48,136 nucleotides of DNA from an uncultured Muribaculaceae bacterium (GCA_964466235.1 CAYXMV010000001.1:1-48136); one strand, 5' to 3'; positions 9,897 through 20,133 are shown, counted from the first letter of the stretch. Numbers and translations are program-made. The notes: a model not told the origin generated them from the letters alone.

Positions 9897-9931
9897 AAAA
9901 TTTTACACCTGCTGTAAAGAATCTTTACACC
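9891..9931. promoter_or_regulatory. Candidate enhancer-binding-protein sites (TGT-N11-ACA)
   Basis: Perfect TGTAAAG-AAT-CTTTACA at 9913-9929; TTTACACC repeated with a 22-bp period. Confidence 0.5.
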
Positions 9932-9934
9932 ACT

Positions 9935-9967
9935 AAGCAGAGCCGTATCACACATACCGCTCTGCTT
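9935..9967 (+). terminator. Hairpin after pspC operon
   Basis: AAGCAGAGC..GCTCTGCTT 9-bp outer stem plus GTAT/ATAC inner stem; weak U-tract. Confidence 0.5.
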
Positions 9968-9984
9968 CAATAACTTGAACAGTT

Positions 9985-9999
9985 TGGCACGATAAGGGA
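9985..9999 (+). promoter_or_regulatory. sigma54-like -24 element
   Basis: TGGCACG with GG-N10-GA (non-canonical -12) upstream of the permease gene. Confidence 0.45.
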
Positions 10000-10057
10000 T
10001 AGAATTGTCATGACCTCGCCGCCATAGGGTGAATCAATGACTAAAGACCGGACTACC

Positions 10058-12395
10058 ATGAAAAGTTATCTTCGGTTCCTGAGCAGGAACAAACTCTACA
10101 CAGCCATTGAAATTACAGGACTGAGCATCGCTCTTGCATTCGTTCTTCTTCTTGCCAACGTCGTGATCAATGACCTCGACTGCGACAGGATGATACGGGA
10201 CAAGGAGAGTCTGTATCTGTGCCGGTGTGACGATTCACCGTATTACAAACCGGATGCGAATGTCGTCTTTCCGATGATTCCGGACATCACCGGCTGGTGC
10301 AATGTGCAGGTTCATGAGGCATTTGACGGCAAGACACAGTACATCCACACGCCTGACGGCAGTTTCAGACAGGACATCAAGCCGCTTACAGTCAGAGAGA
10401 ATTATTTTGATTTCTTCGGATTCGAACTGATATATGGAGATCCGAAGGATGTACTCGAAGTACGAAACGGAGCGGTTGTCTCGGAAAGCATCGCCAATAC
10501 CATCTGGCAGGGCAGGAATCCTGTCGGAGAGAAACTGATCCTGACAGAAGCGCGGATGAAGGATGTGGAACTTGTAGTGACCGGAGTCTATAAGGATTAC
10601 AAGAAGGCGACACTGCCGGATACAGGCATCGCCGTGAGATTCGACTTCATCACTGAAACCGAGAACCTGTCCGAAGCAATCCCTTCATTCATGGGATCAA
10701 TCACGCCGACCAGCCTGCATTTCGTCAGATTGGAAAAAGGTGCGGATATAGAAGCAATCGAGAAATTCCTTTGGGAACACAAGGATTCGGACCCTCATTC
10801 GGATATGGCGTTATATAAGGAATTCGAGCTCCAGCCCTACAGCGATATGCACTATGACGAAAGGCTGGCGGGAAGAAAGAATCTTTACAACATTGCGGAC
10901 AAAGGCCTGCATGATACTTCTTGCCTTTGCCGCCCTCAACTACATATCGCTCACTATGGCATTCTCGCGCTTCCGTGTCAAGGAAATGGCCACAAGACAG
11001 CTTCTCGGCACAAGCAAGACAGTAATCATGAAACGCTGCTTAGCTGAGGCCGGATTTCTGGTGACCGGCTCCTGGATTATTGCAGTAGCAATCGCATTCG
11101 CTTTGCAGCAGGAAGTCAGCAGCCTTCTCGGGGTACATATCGCCCTCTACCGGACTTTGGCAGAATGGATATTCACATTTGCATTGCTTGTGGTCATAAC
11201 TGTCGCCGCAGGAATCATCCCTTCATCCATGATGTCGCGTTACAATCCTGTGGAAGTGGTGAAAGGAGAGTCCAGACATAGGGACAAGGTCCTGCTCGGA
11301 AAGATATTCATCGGCATAGAGGGAGCATTGAGCATAGCCTCGGCAGCCATGACCATAGCGATTTTTGCACAGACCTACCACATGGTCAACACACCTATGG
11401 GATATGAAACAGAAGGACTTCTGTACGTGGATTTCGGAAGCTACAGGGAACAGAAATTCGAAGACGAACTCCATGCGCAAAGTTATGTCGATACGATCGG
11501 ACATTTATACGCAGCTCCTACAAGACCGTACGCATCCATGCAGATGATGATGGTGAATGACGAGATGGTCACTATAAAGCAGAATGATGGAGATGAGACC
11601 GCCTTCAGACTTCTTGGACTGGAAATCATAGAGGATTACGGCACATCATCCGTCAACCGTTACGGAGATGCGAGAAAGAAATATCTCTGCGAGACCACCG
11701 TCAACAATCTTCTCCCTCACATCAAGGACAATCACATTGCCACGGGAACAGGAAAAGGCTCGCAGTTCGACGGCGTCATCAGGGACTTCCGGATGGGAAA
11801 TGTGAAGGAGGCGGAGACTTCTGCAGGCTATTCCTTCACGGTAAGGGCTCCTATGGATTATGACCGATTCCTTGTCAAAGTCAATTGCGATGAGGAAGAA
11901 GCGGTGAAGAATATCAGGAACCTTTACAGCGGACTTAAGCCTCAGGACCAGCAGCCCTCGATAGACAGTCTGACAAGCCTCGTGGAAGAGAACTACAGAG
12001 AGGAAAAACGAACACTCGCAATGGTCGGAGTATTTGCCATTCTGAGCATTCTTATGACAATGATGGCCATCATTGCCCTGAGCGGCTACTATGCCCGGAT
12101 GCAGACGAAGGATGTTGCTATAAGGAAGAGTTTCGGGTGCTCACGCAGGAAGGTATTCACAGACATGACCTTAGGCTTCCTGTGGCCCGTGATCGCAGGA
12201 GCGGCCGTCGCCATACCTGTATCATGGTTCTATATCAGACATTGGCTCGACAAATATCCGGTCAGAATAGAGAACGGAGCATGGATATATGCCTGCGCCC
12301 TGACAGTCATACTTGTCATTGTGGGAATATCCATCGCATCACAGGCCGTCAGGCTTATGAATACGGATCCCGCTGCCGAACTGAAGAAGGAATAG
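10058..12395 (+). pseudogene. ABC transporter permease (MacB/FtsX), frameshifted at about 10905
   Basis: 5' part (MKSYLRFLSRNKLYTAI..NIADKG) and 3' part (ACMILLAFAALNY..DPAAELKKE) are in different frames and together match the paralog at 2883-5243. Confidence 0.85.
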
Positions 12396-12428
12396 CGTCC
12401 GATGCTTCCATATTTACCCGATTATGAT

Positions 12429-12436
12429 TAACTTTG
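12429..12436 (+). promoter_or_regulatory. -7 promoter element for two-component operon
   Basis: TAACTTTG 19 nt before the ATG. Confidence 0.7.
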
Positions 12437-12454
12437 TGTTTTCAAGAAACTTAA

Positions 12455-13810
12455 ATGGCAAAGAGCAAAGGAAAGATATTGGTCGTTGACGACAACAGCG
12501 GCATAAGGGCAGCCCTCAAGCTGCTTCTCCCGCTTCATTTTTCTTCGGTGGAACTCATACCTTCGCCGAAGGAACTCATCAGCAGACTGGCCGGCTTCCG
12601 CCCGGATGTCGTGCTTCTGGACATGAATTTCCACACAGACATAAATACCGGGAACGAAGGGCTGTTCTGGCTTTCTGAGATAAAGAAGAAGAGTCCTGAC
12701 GTGGAAGTCGTGCTGTTCACGGCCTACGCCGACATTTCACTTGCCGTGGAAGGAATGAAGCGAGGTGCATTCGATTTCATAGTCAAGCCTTGGGAGAACG
12801 AAAAGCTCATAAGCACACTCCAGGCAGCTTTAGACCACCGTCTCAAGGAAACAGGAGGCGTGACAGGAAATCCGGGACTGACATCTTCGGAGCAGATGCA
12901 TTGGGGACGCGGAACAGCGATGGGCGAGATCCGCAGGACAGTCGAGAAGATCGCTCCTACAGATGCTTCAGTCCTGATAACTGGCGAGAACGGAACGGGA
13001 AAGGACGTGCTGGCACGAGAGATACACAGGCTTTCGGACCGGTCACTCAGACAGATGGTATGCGTGGATGCCGGTGCGCTCACGGAAACACTTTTCGAGA
13101 GCGAGCTCTTCGGCCATGTGAAGGGCGCCTTCACTGATGCACACTCCGACCACACAGGCAAATTCCAGGAGGCTGACGGAGGCACTCTCTTCCTCGACGA
13201 GATCGGGAACATTCCTCTCCACCTGCAGACGAAGCTGCTCCGCGCCCTTCAGGACAGGGCTATAGTGAAGGTCGGTGACAACAGGCCGGTTCCGGTTGAC
13301 ATACGACTTATATGCGCCACCAACAAGGATCTCGAGAAGATGGTCAGGGAAGGCAGTTTCCGCGAAGATCTTTATTACAGGATCAACACGATGCACATCC
13401 GTCTCCCCGCACTCAGGGAAAGGACTGATGAAATCATTCCGCTGGCAGAGCTGTTCATCCGCAAATACGCGGCACGCTACCGCAGGGAGGTATGCGGTCT
13501 TTCACAGGAGGCGGAGGCCCTGCTGAAACAGCACAGATGGGGTGGCAATATACGCGAACTGCAGAACTGCATCGAGAAGGCGGTCATCCTCTCGGAGGGG
13601 GCAGTGCTTGCCGCCTCAGACCTCCAGCTGCATCCTGTCACAATGCCTCAGGAGAGCGCATCTTCAGGTGAAGAGACTTTGGAAATGGCTGAGGAAAAGG
13701 CTATCAGGGCGGCCATGGCCCGCTTCGGCGGCAATCTTTCGATGGTAGCCAAGTCTTTGGACATCAGCAGGCCCACGCTCTATTCGAAACTGAAGAAATA
13801 TAACATATAG
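12455..13810 (+). CDS. sigma54-dependent response regulator (NtrC family)
   Basis: Receiver (VVDD, LLDMNF, FTAY, KPW), AAA+ GENGTGKD, ESELFGHVKGAFTDA, LFLDEIG, WGGNIREL, Fis-type HTH. Confidence 0.95.
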   Translation: MAKSKGKILVVDDNSGIRAALKLLLPLHFSSVELIPSPKELISRLAGFRPDVVLLDMNFHTDINTGNEGLFWLSEIKKKSPDVEVVLFTAYADISLAVEGMKRGAFDFIVKPWENEKLISTLQAALDHRLKETGGVTGNPGLTSSEQMHWGRGTAMGEIRRTVEKIAPTDASVLITGENGTGKDVLAREIHRLSDRSLRQMVCVDAGALTETLFESELFGHVKGAFTDAHSDHTGKFQEADGGTLFLDEIGNIPLHLQTKLLRALQDRAIVKVGDNRPVPVDIRLICATNKDLEKMVREGSFREDLYYRINTMHIRLPALRERTDEIIPLAELFIRKYAARYRREVCGLSQEAEALLKQHRWGGNIRELQNCIEKAVILSEGAVLAASDLQLHPVTMPQESASSGEETLEMAEEKAIRAAMARFGGNLSMVAKSLDISRPTLYSKLKKYNI

Positions 13811-13820
13811 TGGCTTGATA

Positions 13821-15071
13821 ATGACCGTAATTCACTATATTATGATTCTGGCCGCAACAGTGGCACTGACAGCGGCGGCAACGGCGTTCCTGACCACAAG
13901 AAAGACACGCCGCAAGGTGAATTACATGCTTGACGCACTCGAAGACAAGGAACTCAACTTCCGTTTCGATGAGAAACGTCTCTTCGGAAGGAAATTCAAC
14001 CGTACTCTCAACCGACTCCGCAACATATTCGACAAGGAGAGACACGAAATCATAGAGCAGGAACGTTTCTATGGTCAGATGCTCGACCATGTTTATACAG
14101 GAGTCGCAGTCATAGAGACCGGTGCCGACAGTTCATCATTGGCGAAAAGATACGAAGGCAGAGTGATATACTGCAATTCCACCGCCTTGAGCATGCTCGG
14201 GCTCGCGACCTTCAGCCATATACGCCAGCTCAGGCCTATAAGCGAGTCACTGATGGAAGCCTTTGAGAACGTGACCGACAATCACGAAGAGAAAGCGGCA
14301 TTCTATAACGAAAGCGGACAGAAGAGATTCTCTCTCACAGCCTCGTCGGCAAGCATCGGAGGGAAACATGTAAAAGTCGTGGCGTTCAACGACATAAGCA
14401 ACGACATGGCAGAGACCGAGCAGGAGTCATGGACAAAGCTCATCAGAGTCCTGACTCACGAAATCATGAACACCGTCACCCCTATCGCATCACTCAGCGA
14501 GACACTTTCGCATTATATGGAAAGCGACAAGGACAGTGCAACGATAAAGTCAGGTCTTGAGACCATATCACAATCTTCGCGCGGACTCATAAAGTTTGTC
14601 GATTCATACAGGAATCTGACAAGGGTGGCACCGCCGGTCAAACGTGCATTCTTTGTCAGTGACCTGGCCGACAGGGTGATAAGGCTCACCAGCCTGCAGG
14701 CAGAAGAAGCGGGAGCAGTCTGTACTTATACTGAGAAGGCTGATGACATTCTTCTCTATGCCGATGAGAATCAGATTTCACAGATTGTCGTGAACTTAGT
14801 CAAGAACGCCATTCAGGCAGAGGCCACCAAGGTGGAGATAGTTGCAGAGATGGACGCATCAGAAAATGTAATCATCAATGTAGCCAACAACGGCCACCCT
14901 ATCAGCAAGGAAAGTCAGGAAGAGATATTCGTTCCTTTCTTCACCACCAAACAGGAAGGTACGGGCATAGGCCTGAGTCTCTCCCGTCAGATCATGCGTC
15001 TGCACAACGGTACGCTACGCCTTACCCGCAGCGACGCCACCGCGACCATATTCACTCTTTATTTCAAATGA
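13821..15071 (+). CDS. Sensor histidine kinase (NtrY-like, PAS plus HATPase)
   Basis: H-box LTHEIMNTVTPI, N-box NLVKNA, IFVPFFTTK, GTGIGLSL; ATG at 13821 preferred over TTG at 13815. Confidence 0.93.
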   Translation: MTVIHYIMILAATVALTAAATAFLTTRKTRRKVNYMLDALEDKELNFRFDEKRLFGRKFNRTLNRLRNIFDKERHEIIEQERFYGQMLDHVYTGVAVIETGADSSSLAKRYEGRVIYCNSTALSMLGLATFSHIRQLRPISESLMEAFENVTDNHEEKAAFYNESGQKRFSLTASSASIGGKHVKVVAFNDISNDMAETEQESWTKLIRVLTHEIMNTVTPIASLSETLSHYMESDKDSATIKSGLETISQSSRGLIKFVDSYRNLTRVAPPVKRAFFVSDLADRVIRLTSLQAEEAGAVCTYTEKADDILLYADENQISQIVVNLVKNAIQAEATKVEIVAEMDASENVIINVANNGHPISKESQEEIFVPFFTTKQEGTGIGLSLSRQIMRLHNGTLRLTRSDATATIFTLYFK

Positions 15072-15170
15072 CTCAAGCCGCATAAGAAACAGTTTCTCAA
15101 TGTAGCAATATGGCACGAAATGTGTCTATTGTTCAGACGACTTAGTTAAACATAAATATTGCACGAACTG

Positions 15171-15216
15171 ATTGCCGTCCGCAGAAGTGATTTTCCGGGC
15201 GGCAATTCCGTTTTTT
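15171..15216 (+). terminator. Rho-independent terminator (possibly the 3' end of an sRNA)
   Basis: ATTGCCGTCCG/CGGGCGGCAAT stem, inner GTGA loop, followed by TCCGTTTTTT. Confidence 0.7.
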
Positions 15217-15234
15217 ATATTATCTTTGTGGGTT

Positions 15235-15921
15235 ATGGAACAAATGACCATACCAACAGAGAAACATCCCCTCGAGCCGTTCCTGCCTCAGAGGGCTAAA
15301 GTATTGATGCTCGGCAGTTTCCCTCCATCCCGTAAAAGATGGTCCATGGACTTCTTCTATCCCAACTGGATAAATGACATGTGGAGGATAATGGGGCATG
15401 TATTCTATGGGGACAGGGAACATTTCGTATGGAAGGATCCCGAGGACGGAAAAGCCGTCAGGAAGTTTGACAGGGAAAGGATTGCGGGCTTCTGCACTGA
15501 GAAAGGGATAGCGCTATATGATACGGCCAGTGAGGTGCGCCGTCTCAAGGACAATGCTTCTGACAAGTTCCTTGAAGTGGTGCAGGCAACTGACATAAAG
15601 GCACTTTTAGACAGGATTCCCGAATGTGGCGCCATTGTCACGACAGGGCAGAAGGCGACAGAAGTTATCTGCGAGGTTTTCGGATGCGGAATGCCAGCTG
15701 TAGGAAATTGGACAGAGTGCAGTTTTGACAGCATCGGGCATCCGGAGCCCCTGAATCCTGGGGAATCGCGGGTATTTTCGCAGGCGAGATGCACCCGTTC
15801 ACTCCGTTTCTGGCGAATGCCTTCTTCCTCACGGGCATATCCACTGCCGCTGGAAAAGAAAGCGGGACATTACAGACTGATGTTCGTAACCGAAGGAATA
15901 ATCAAAAGAACAACGATATGA
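15235..15921 (+). CDS. Uracil-DNA glycosylase superfamily protein (MUG-like)
   Basis: HPLEPF, LMLGSFPP, FFYPN..NDMWRI, MPSSSRAY; TATCTTTG -7 element at 15221-15228 supports ATG 15235 or 15244. Confidence 0.88.
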   Translation: MEQMTIPTEKHPLEPFLPQRAKVLMLGSFPPSRKRWSMDFFYPNWINDMWRIMGHVFYGDREHFVWKDPEDGKAVRKFDRERIAGFCTEKGIALYDTASEVRRLKDNASDKFLEVVQATDIKALLDRIPECGAIVTTGQKATEVICEVFGCGMPAVGNWTECSFDSIGHPEPLNPGESRVFSQARCTRSLRFWRMPSSSRAYPLPLEKKAGHYRLMFVTEGIIKRTTI

Positions 15922-18050
15922 AAAGGACACTGACAACCGTCATCGTGGCAGTACTCGCCGCAATCTGCAGCCTGACTGCACGTGCAGACGAAGGCATGTG
16001 GCTGCCGTCACTTATCTCGCAGCGCATAATCGACATGCAGGAAAAGGGCTTCAAGCTCAGCGCAGAAGACATCTATAGCGTTAACCAGGCTTCTCTCAAA
16101 GATGCCGTAGTGCTTTTCGGAAGAGGATGTACCGGTGAGCTCGTATCACCTGAAGGCCTGCTCCTGACCAACCACCACTGCGGCTACGGCCAGATCCAGC
16201 AGCACAGCAGCGTGGAACATGACTACCTCAGGGACGGATTCTGGGCCATGACCCGAGATGAAGAACTGCCGAACAAAGGGCTTACCGTAAGCTTCCTCGA
16301 AAGGATGGAAGATGTGACTGCCGTCGTCCTCAAAGGATATGCACCTGAGATGACCGAGGATCAGAGGGTGGAACTCGTGAAGAAGAATTCCGATGCCCTT
16401 ATCGAAGAGGTGACAAATGATGGAAACGGCCTCAGAGCGACTGTGGAGGCACTTTACTACGGAAATCAGTATTTCCTTTTCCTATATCGCGAATACAGCG
16501 ACGTACGTCTTGTGGGAGCACCGCCTTCATCTATCGGGAAGTTCGGAGGCGAGACCGACAACTGGATGTGGCCGCGACATACCGGAGACTTCTCCATGTT
16601 CCGCATCTATGCGGACAAGGACAACAATCCTGCGCCATATTCAAAGGACAACGTCCCCTACAAGCCCAAGAAATATTTCAGGATTTCTACAAAAGGGGTT
16701 CAGGAAGGTGACTTCACATTCATCTATGGTTTTCCAGGCAGCACAAGGGAATATATACATTCAGAGGGCGTGCGTTATATCGAAGAGACAAGCGATCCGC
16801 ACAAGGTACGCATCCGCACCCTCAGGCTTGACATCATGGACAGATACATGGGAGAGAGCCAGGCAGTCAGGATCCAGTATTCTTCTAAGAAGTCCAATGT
16901 CGCAAATGCGTGGAAGAAGTGGCAGGGCGAGATGAAGGGAATCAGGAAGATGAATACCGTTGCAGTGAAGCAGGCATACGAGACCGCTTTCAAGGAATGG
17001 GCAAAAGGGACTGAGTATGAAGGCCTTGTAGAAAAGATTGAGGCAGTTTACCGGGAGCTGGAACCATACAGTTATGCTGCGGACTATTACACAGAGACTG
17101 TCCGTACCGTAGAGATAGCGAATGCCGCGATGTCGGTCGCAAGGATATTCTCTGCAGAGACATTCAATGCAGCCCAGCTTGAGGACGTCCTCGCATCATT
17201 CTACAAGGACTACCACATGCCTATTGACAAGGAATGTTTCATAGCCGTGGTCAACGAATTCGAAAAGAACATGCCTGAGGAAGGCAAGCCGGAATACCAC
17301 AAGGCACAGATGTCAAGATACGGCAGCGTGGAGGCATGGGCAGAGGATCTTTTTGCCACTACCCTCTTCGCAGACAGAAGCCGTGCAGAGTCTCTCACTG
17401 AGGCTGACAAGGATGCAGTGCTTGCGGATCCCGCATTCACATTCTTCAACGAATATCTGAAATGGTACCATTCGGACGTCCTTCCTCACACCCGCAGGCT
17501 CAACCAGGACCTTCAGCTGTTGTACCGCGACTATATGCGCGGCCAGATGGACTATGCCGAAGCTATCGACGGCAAGGCAGGCCGGGAAGCGTTCTACCCT
17601 GATGCAAATCTCACTCTCCGCGTGGCATACGGCAGCATTCAGGGCTACACACCTTCAGATGGGGTATATTACAGGCCTTCATCGACACTCACCGGCATAA
17701 TCGAGAAGGACAACCCTGAGATTTTCGACTACAACATCCCTCAGAACCTCCGCGACATATACGCAGAAAAGGATTTCGGAAGATGGGCTGATGCAGACGG
17801 TGAGGTGCCGGTGTGTTTCATCGCCACCAACCACACCACAGGAGGCAACTCAGGCAGCCCTATCATCAACGCCGACGGTGACCTCATCGGAATCAACTTC
17901 GACCGTGTCTGGGAAGGCACCATGAGCGACATAGTATTTGACCCGGAGATCTGCCGCAACATATCCCTTGACGTACGTTACCTCCTCTTCGTGATAGACA
18001 AGGTAGCCGACGCAGACCACCTTATTGAAGAAATGACACTTGTTGAATAG
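15918..18050 (+). CDS. dpp11: S46 family dipeptidyl peptidase, DPP11-type
   Basis: Signal peptide then ADEGMWLP; TNHHC, DNWMWPRH, TTGGNSGSP triad motifs; FDRVWEG has the S1 Arg of DPP11 rather than the Gly of DPP7; ATGA overlap with UDG stop. Confidence 0.88.
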   Translation: MKRTLTTVIVAVLAAICSLTARADEGMWLPSLISQRIIDMQEKGFKLSAEDIYSVNQASLKDAVVLFGRGCTGELVSPEGLLLTNHHCGYGQIQQHSSVEHDYLRDGFWAMTRDEELPNKGLTVSFLERMEDVTAVVLKGYAPEMTEDQRVELVKKNSDALIEEVTNDGNGLRATVEALYYGNQYFLFLYREYSDVRLVGAPPSSIGKFGGETDNWMWPRHTGDFSMFRIYADKDNNPAPYSKDNVPYKPKKYFRISTKGVQEGDFTFIYGFPGSTREYIHSEGVRYIEETSDPHKVRIRTLRLDIMDRYMGESQAVRIQYSSKKSNVANAWKKWQGEMKGIRKMNTVAVKQAYETAFKEWAKGTEYEGLVEKIEAVYRELEPYSYAADYYTETVRTVEIANAAMSVARIFSAETFNAAQLEDVLASFYKDYHMPIDKECFIAVVNEFEKNMPEEGKPEYHKAQMSRYGSVEAWAEDLFATTLFADRSRAESLTEADKDAVLADPAFTFFNEYLKWYHSDVLPHTRRLNQDLQLLYRDYMRGQMDYAEAIDGKAGREAFYPDANLTLRVAYGSIQGYTPSDGVYYRPSSTLTGIIEKDNPEIFDYNIPQNLRDIYAEKDFGRWADADGEVPVCFIATNHTTGGNSGSPIINADGDLIGINFDRVWEGTMSDIVFDPEICRNISLDVRYLLFVIDKVADADHLIEEMTLVE

Positions 18051-18057
18051 TACAGCC

Positions 18058-19470
18058 ATGAAACGTATATCCAGAAAGACTCTGGTGCTGCTCATCACAT
18101 GTCTGGTGTCCGGACAGACGATGAATGCCCAATACTGGGCAACACCGACCGAATATGATTATGGTCCGATGGCCAGGGAAATAACGGAGGGAGCATCATC
18201 GAAATATGAACAGGCCGCCCTGATATACAGATGGCTGTGCAGCAACATCGAATATGATACCGGACACATGTACTATTCCGCCGACGAGACCAGAGAGAAC
18301 AATAAAGGAGTGTGTCAGGGCTACTGTGAACTTTTCTACAGGCTGGGAGAGGCTGTCGGACTCGATTGCAAGATCATACCCGGTTTCAGCAAGAGCATCA
18401 GAAACACTGTCAGCATAGACCGTCACTGCTGGATAATAGCCACAACTGAAAAAGGCGAGATATTCATCGACCCGACATGGGGCGCAGGCATAGTCATAGA
18501 CAAAATATTTCACAGAAGCAGGAACGACATGTCGTGGTTCGATGTCAACCCATACATCATGGCGACATCACACATGCCTGTCGAATCACGCTTCCTTCTT
18601 ATCGACAGGGAGATTGACGACAAGGTGTTCCGGAAGGTTCCGCACATACATTCATGTCTTGAGAAACTCGGACTGGATGCTGAAAGCAGTTTCGAGAAAG
18701 GGCTTGCAGGCAATCTGTCTCTTCCTGTCATTTATGGTACCATCAGTGAAGATATGGGATTCCGTGAGGTTCCTCTTGAAGGAATCCTCGATTACGGGAG
18801 CAGATACCGCATTGTATTCGAGGAGAATGAGATGTATGACCTTGTCATAAGAATGGACGACGATGAGATACCGGACCATGCATGGAACAGAAAAGACGGT
18901 ATTACAACTGTGGATTTCATGGTGACGGCTATGAAAGAAGTCAGAGTGCTCGTGATGCAGAAGGGACAGGCTGCCGGTGAGGCAGCCGGCGGTTTCGGCT
19001 ACAGGACAAGGATTCCTGATGTGATTCCTGAAGAGGCCATTGCTGCAATCGAGGAATACGACCCGTACATGCTGCCTGAACTGAAGGAGATCGGACATCT
19101 CGATGTGAAATGGTATAAGGAATTCGGAATCGACGGCAAGGCCGTTCTCGATACCATCCGCATTACGGGTGCAAAGGCTGTCCCTGAACTGTTTCAGGAT
19201 CTCGAAAGAATAGAACAGATCATAGACGTGCCTCTTAGTTCTCCTCTGAAGGCAGGCAAAGAATATGTTTTTCATTTCAAGGCCGATCCGAAAGACAAAT
19301 GGGCTATTCTGAACAATTCCTATCTATATGACAAGTGGGAGGAGAAGCCCCAAAAAGAAGGAGAATTCATATATAGATTCAAGATAGTCGAGCCTGGGAT
19401 GCTTGCCATCGCCATACACATAGGAGGGAACCGGTACCAGCATGCAATAACATGGACAGTAACAGAATAA
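18058..19470 (+). CDS. Secreted transglutaminase-like (cysteine protease fold) protein
   Basis: Signal peptide; IYRWLCSNIEYD, GVCQGYCELF, HCW, IDPTWGAG (Cys-His-Asp triad). Confidence 0.85.
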   Translation: MKRISRKTLVLLITCLVSGQTMNAQYWATPTEYDYGPMAREITEGASSKYEQAALIYRWLCSNIEYDTGHMYYSADETRENNKGVCQGYCELFYRLGEAVGLDCKIIPGFSKSIRNTVSIDRHCWIIATTEKGEIFIDPTWGAGIVIDKIFHRSRNDMSWFDVNPYIMATSHMPVESRFLLIDREIDDKVFRKVPHIHSCLEKLGLDAESSFEKGLAGNLSLPVIYGTISEDMGFREVPLEGILDYGSRYRIVFEENEMYDLVIRMDDDEIPDHAWNRKDGITTVDFMVTAMKEVRVLVMQKGQAAGEAAGGFGYRTRIPDVIPEEAIAAIEEYDPYMLPELKEIGHLDVKWYKEFGIDGKAVLDTIRITGAKAVPELFQDLERIEQIIDVPLSSPLKAGKEYVFHFKADPKDKWAILNNSYLYDKWEEKPQKEGEFIYRFKIVEPGMLAIAIHIGGNRYQHAITWTVTE

Positions 19471-19516
19471 AATCACGAAACACAGATTTTTGTTGTAGTA
19501 TAAAGTCACATATCAA

Positions 19517-20125
19517 ATGGAACACAGATCGATTGGAGTATTCATCGACGGCGGATATTTCGCCAAGATAAACGAAGGATTGGCAAAGCTCAAGATGGGC
19601 AGCGTGAACGTACGGGGCCTCATCCAGTATATACCTGAAGCCATCAGCAAGATAGACGGCGTAGCTCAAAAAGAGCTATATATAACAGAAAGCCATTACT
19701 ATAGAGGACGTTACCGTGCCCATGACGCCCAGGAAAGAAATCTTCTCTACGTGGAAAGGAAGTTCGAGGACAGCCTTATAGAGAACGACATAATATTCCA
19801 CTACAAGCATCTGCGTGAGAATCCGCAGGGAGGGGTAATAGAAAAGGGAATAGACACATGGTTCGCCCTGGACACGTATGAGATGACCCTATATCGCAAT
19901 TTCGACTATGTCGTGCTCATCAGCGGCGATGCAGACCACGAGATGCTGGCAAGAAAGCTCAAAGCCCTTAAGACTCATACGATCCTCCTGACATGGGATC
20001 CTGCGGACACAGGTTCGACTTCCCGATTCCTCAGTGAAGAAGTCTGTACTCATATCTCCCTCCGCAAAGAGACCGCGCAGAATCCTGCTCTGCTCAAGAG
20101 ACTGACGATAAAGGATCCTTCATGA
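19517..20125 (+). CDS. NYN domain (LabA/DUF88, PIN-like) protein
   Basis: FIDGGYF, EKGIDTWFALD, LISGDADH acidic motifs. Confidence 0.9.
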   Translation: MEHRSIGVFIDGGYFAKINEGLAKLKMGSVNVRGLIQYIPEAISKIDGVAQKELYITESHYYRGRYRAHDAQERNLLYVERKFEDSLIENDIIFHYKHLRENPQGGVIEKGIDTWFALDTYEMTLYRNFDYVVLISGDADHEMLARKLKALKTHTILLTWDPADTGSTSRFLSEEVCTHISLRKETAQNPALLKRLTIKDPS

Positions 20126-20133
20126 TATGGAAA

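Noticed and set aside
10895..10920. Programmed ribosomal frameshift or phase-variable tract in the permease
   Set aside because: No slippery heptamer or homopolymer, and residues are missing relative to the paralog, which points to a deletion
19517..20125. NYN protein as part of a defence or toxin-antitoxin system
   Set aside because: No partner antitoxin or defence genes are adjacent; stand-alone LabA/DUF88 genes are common
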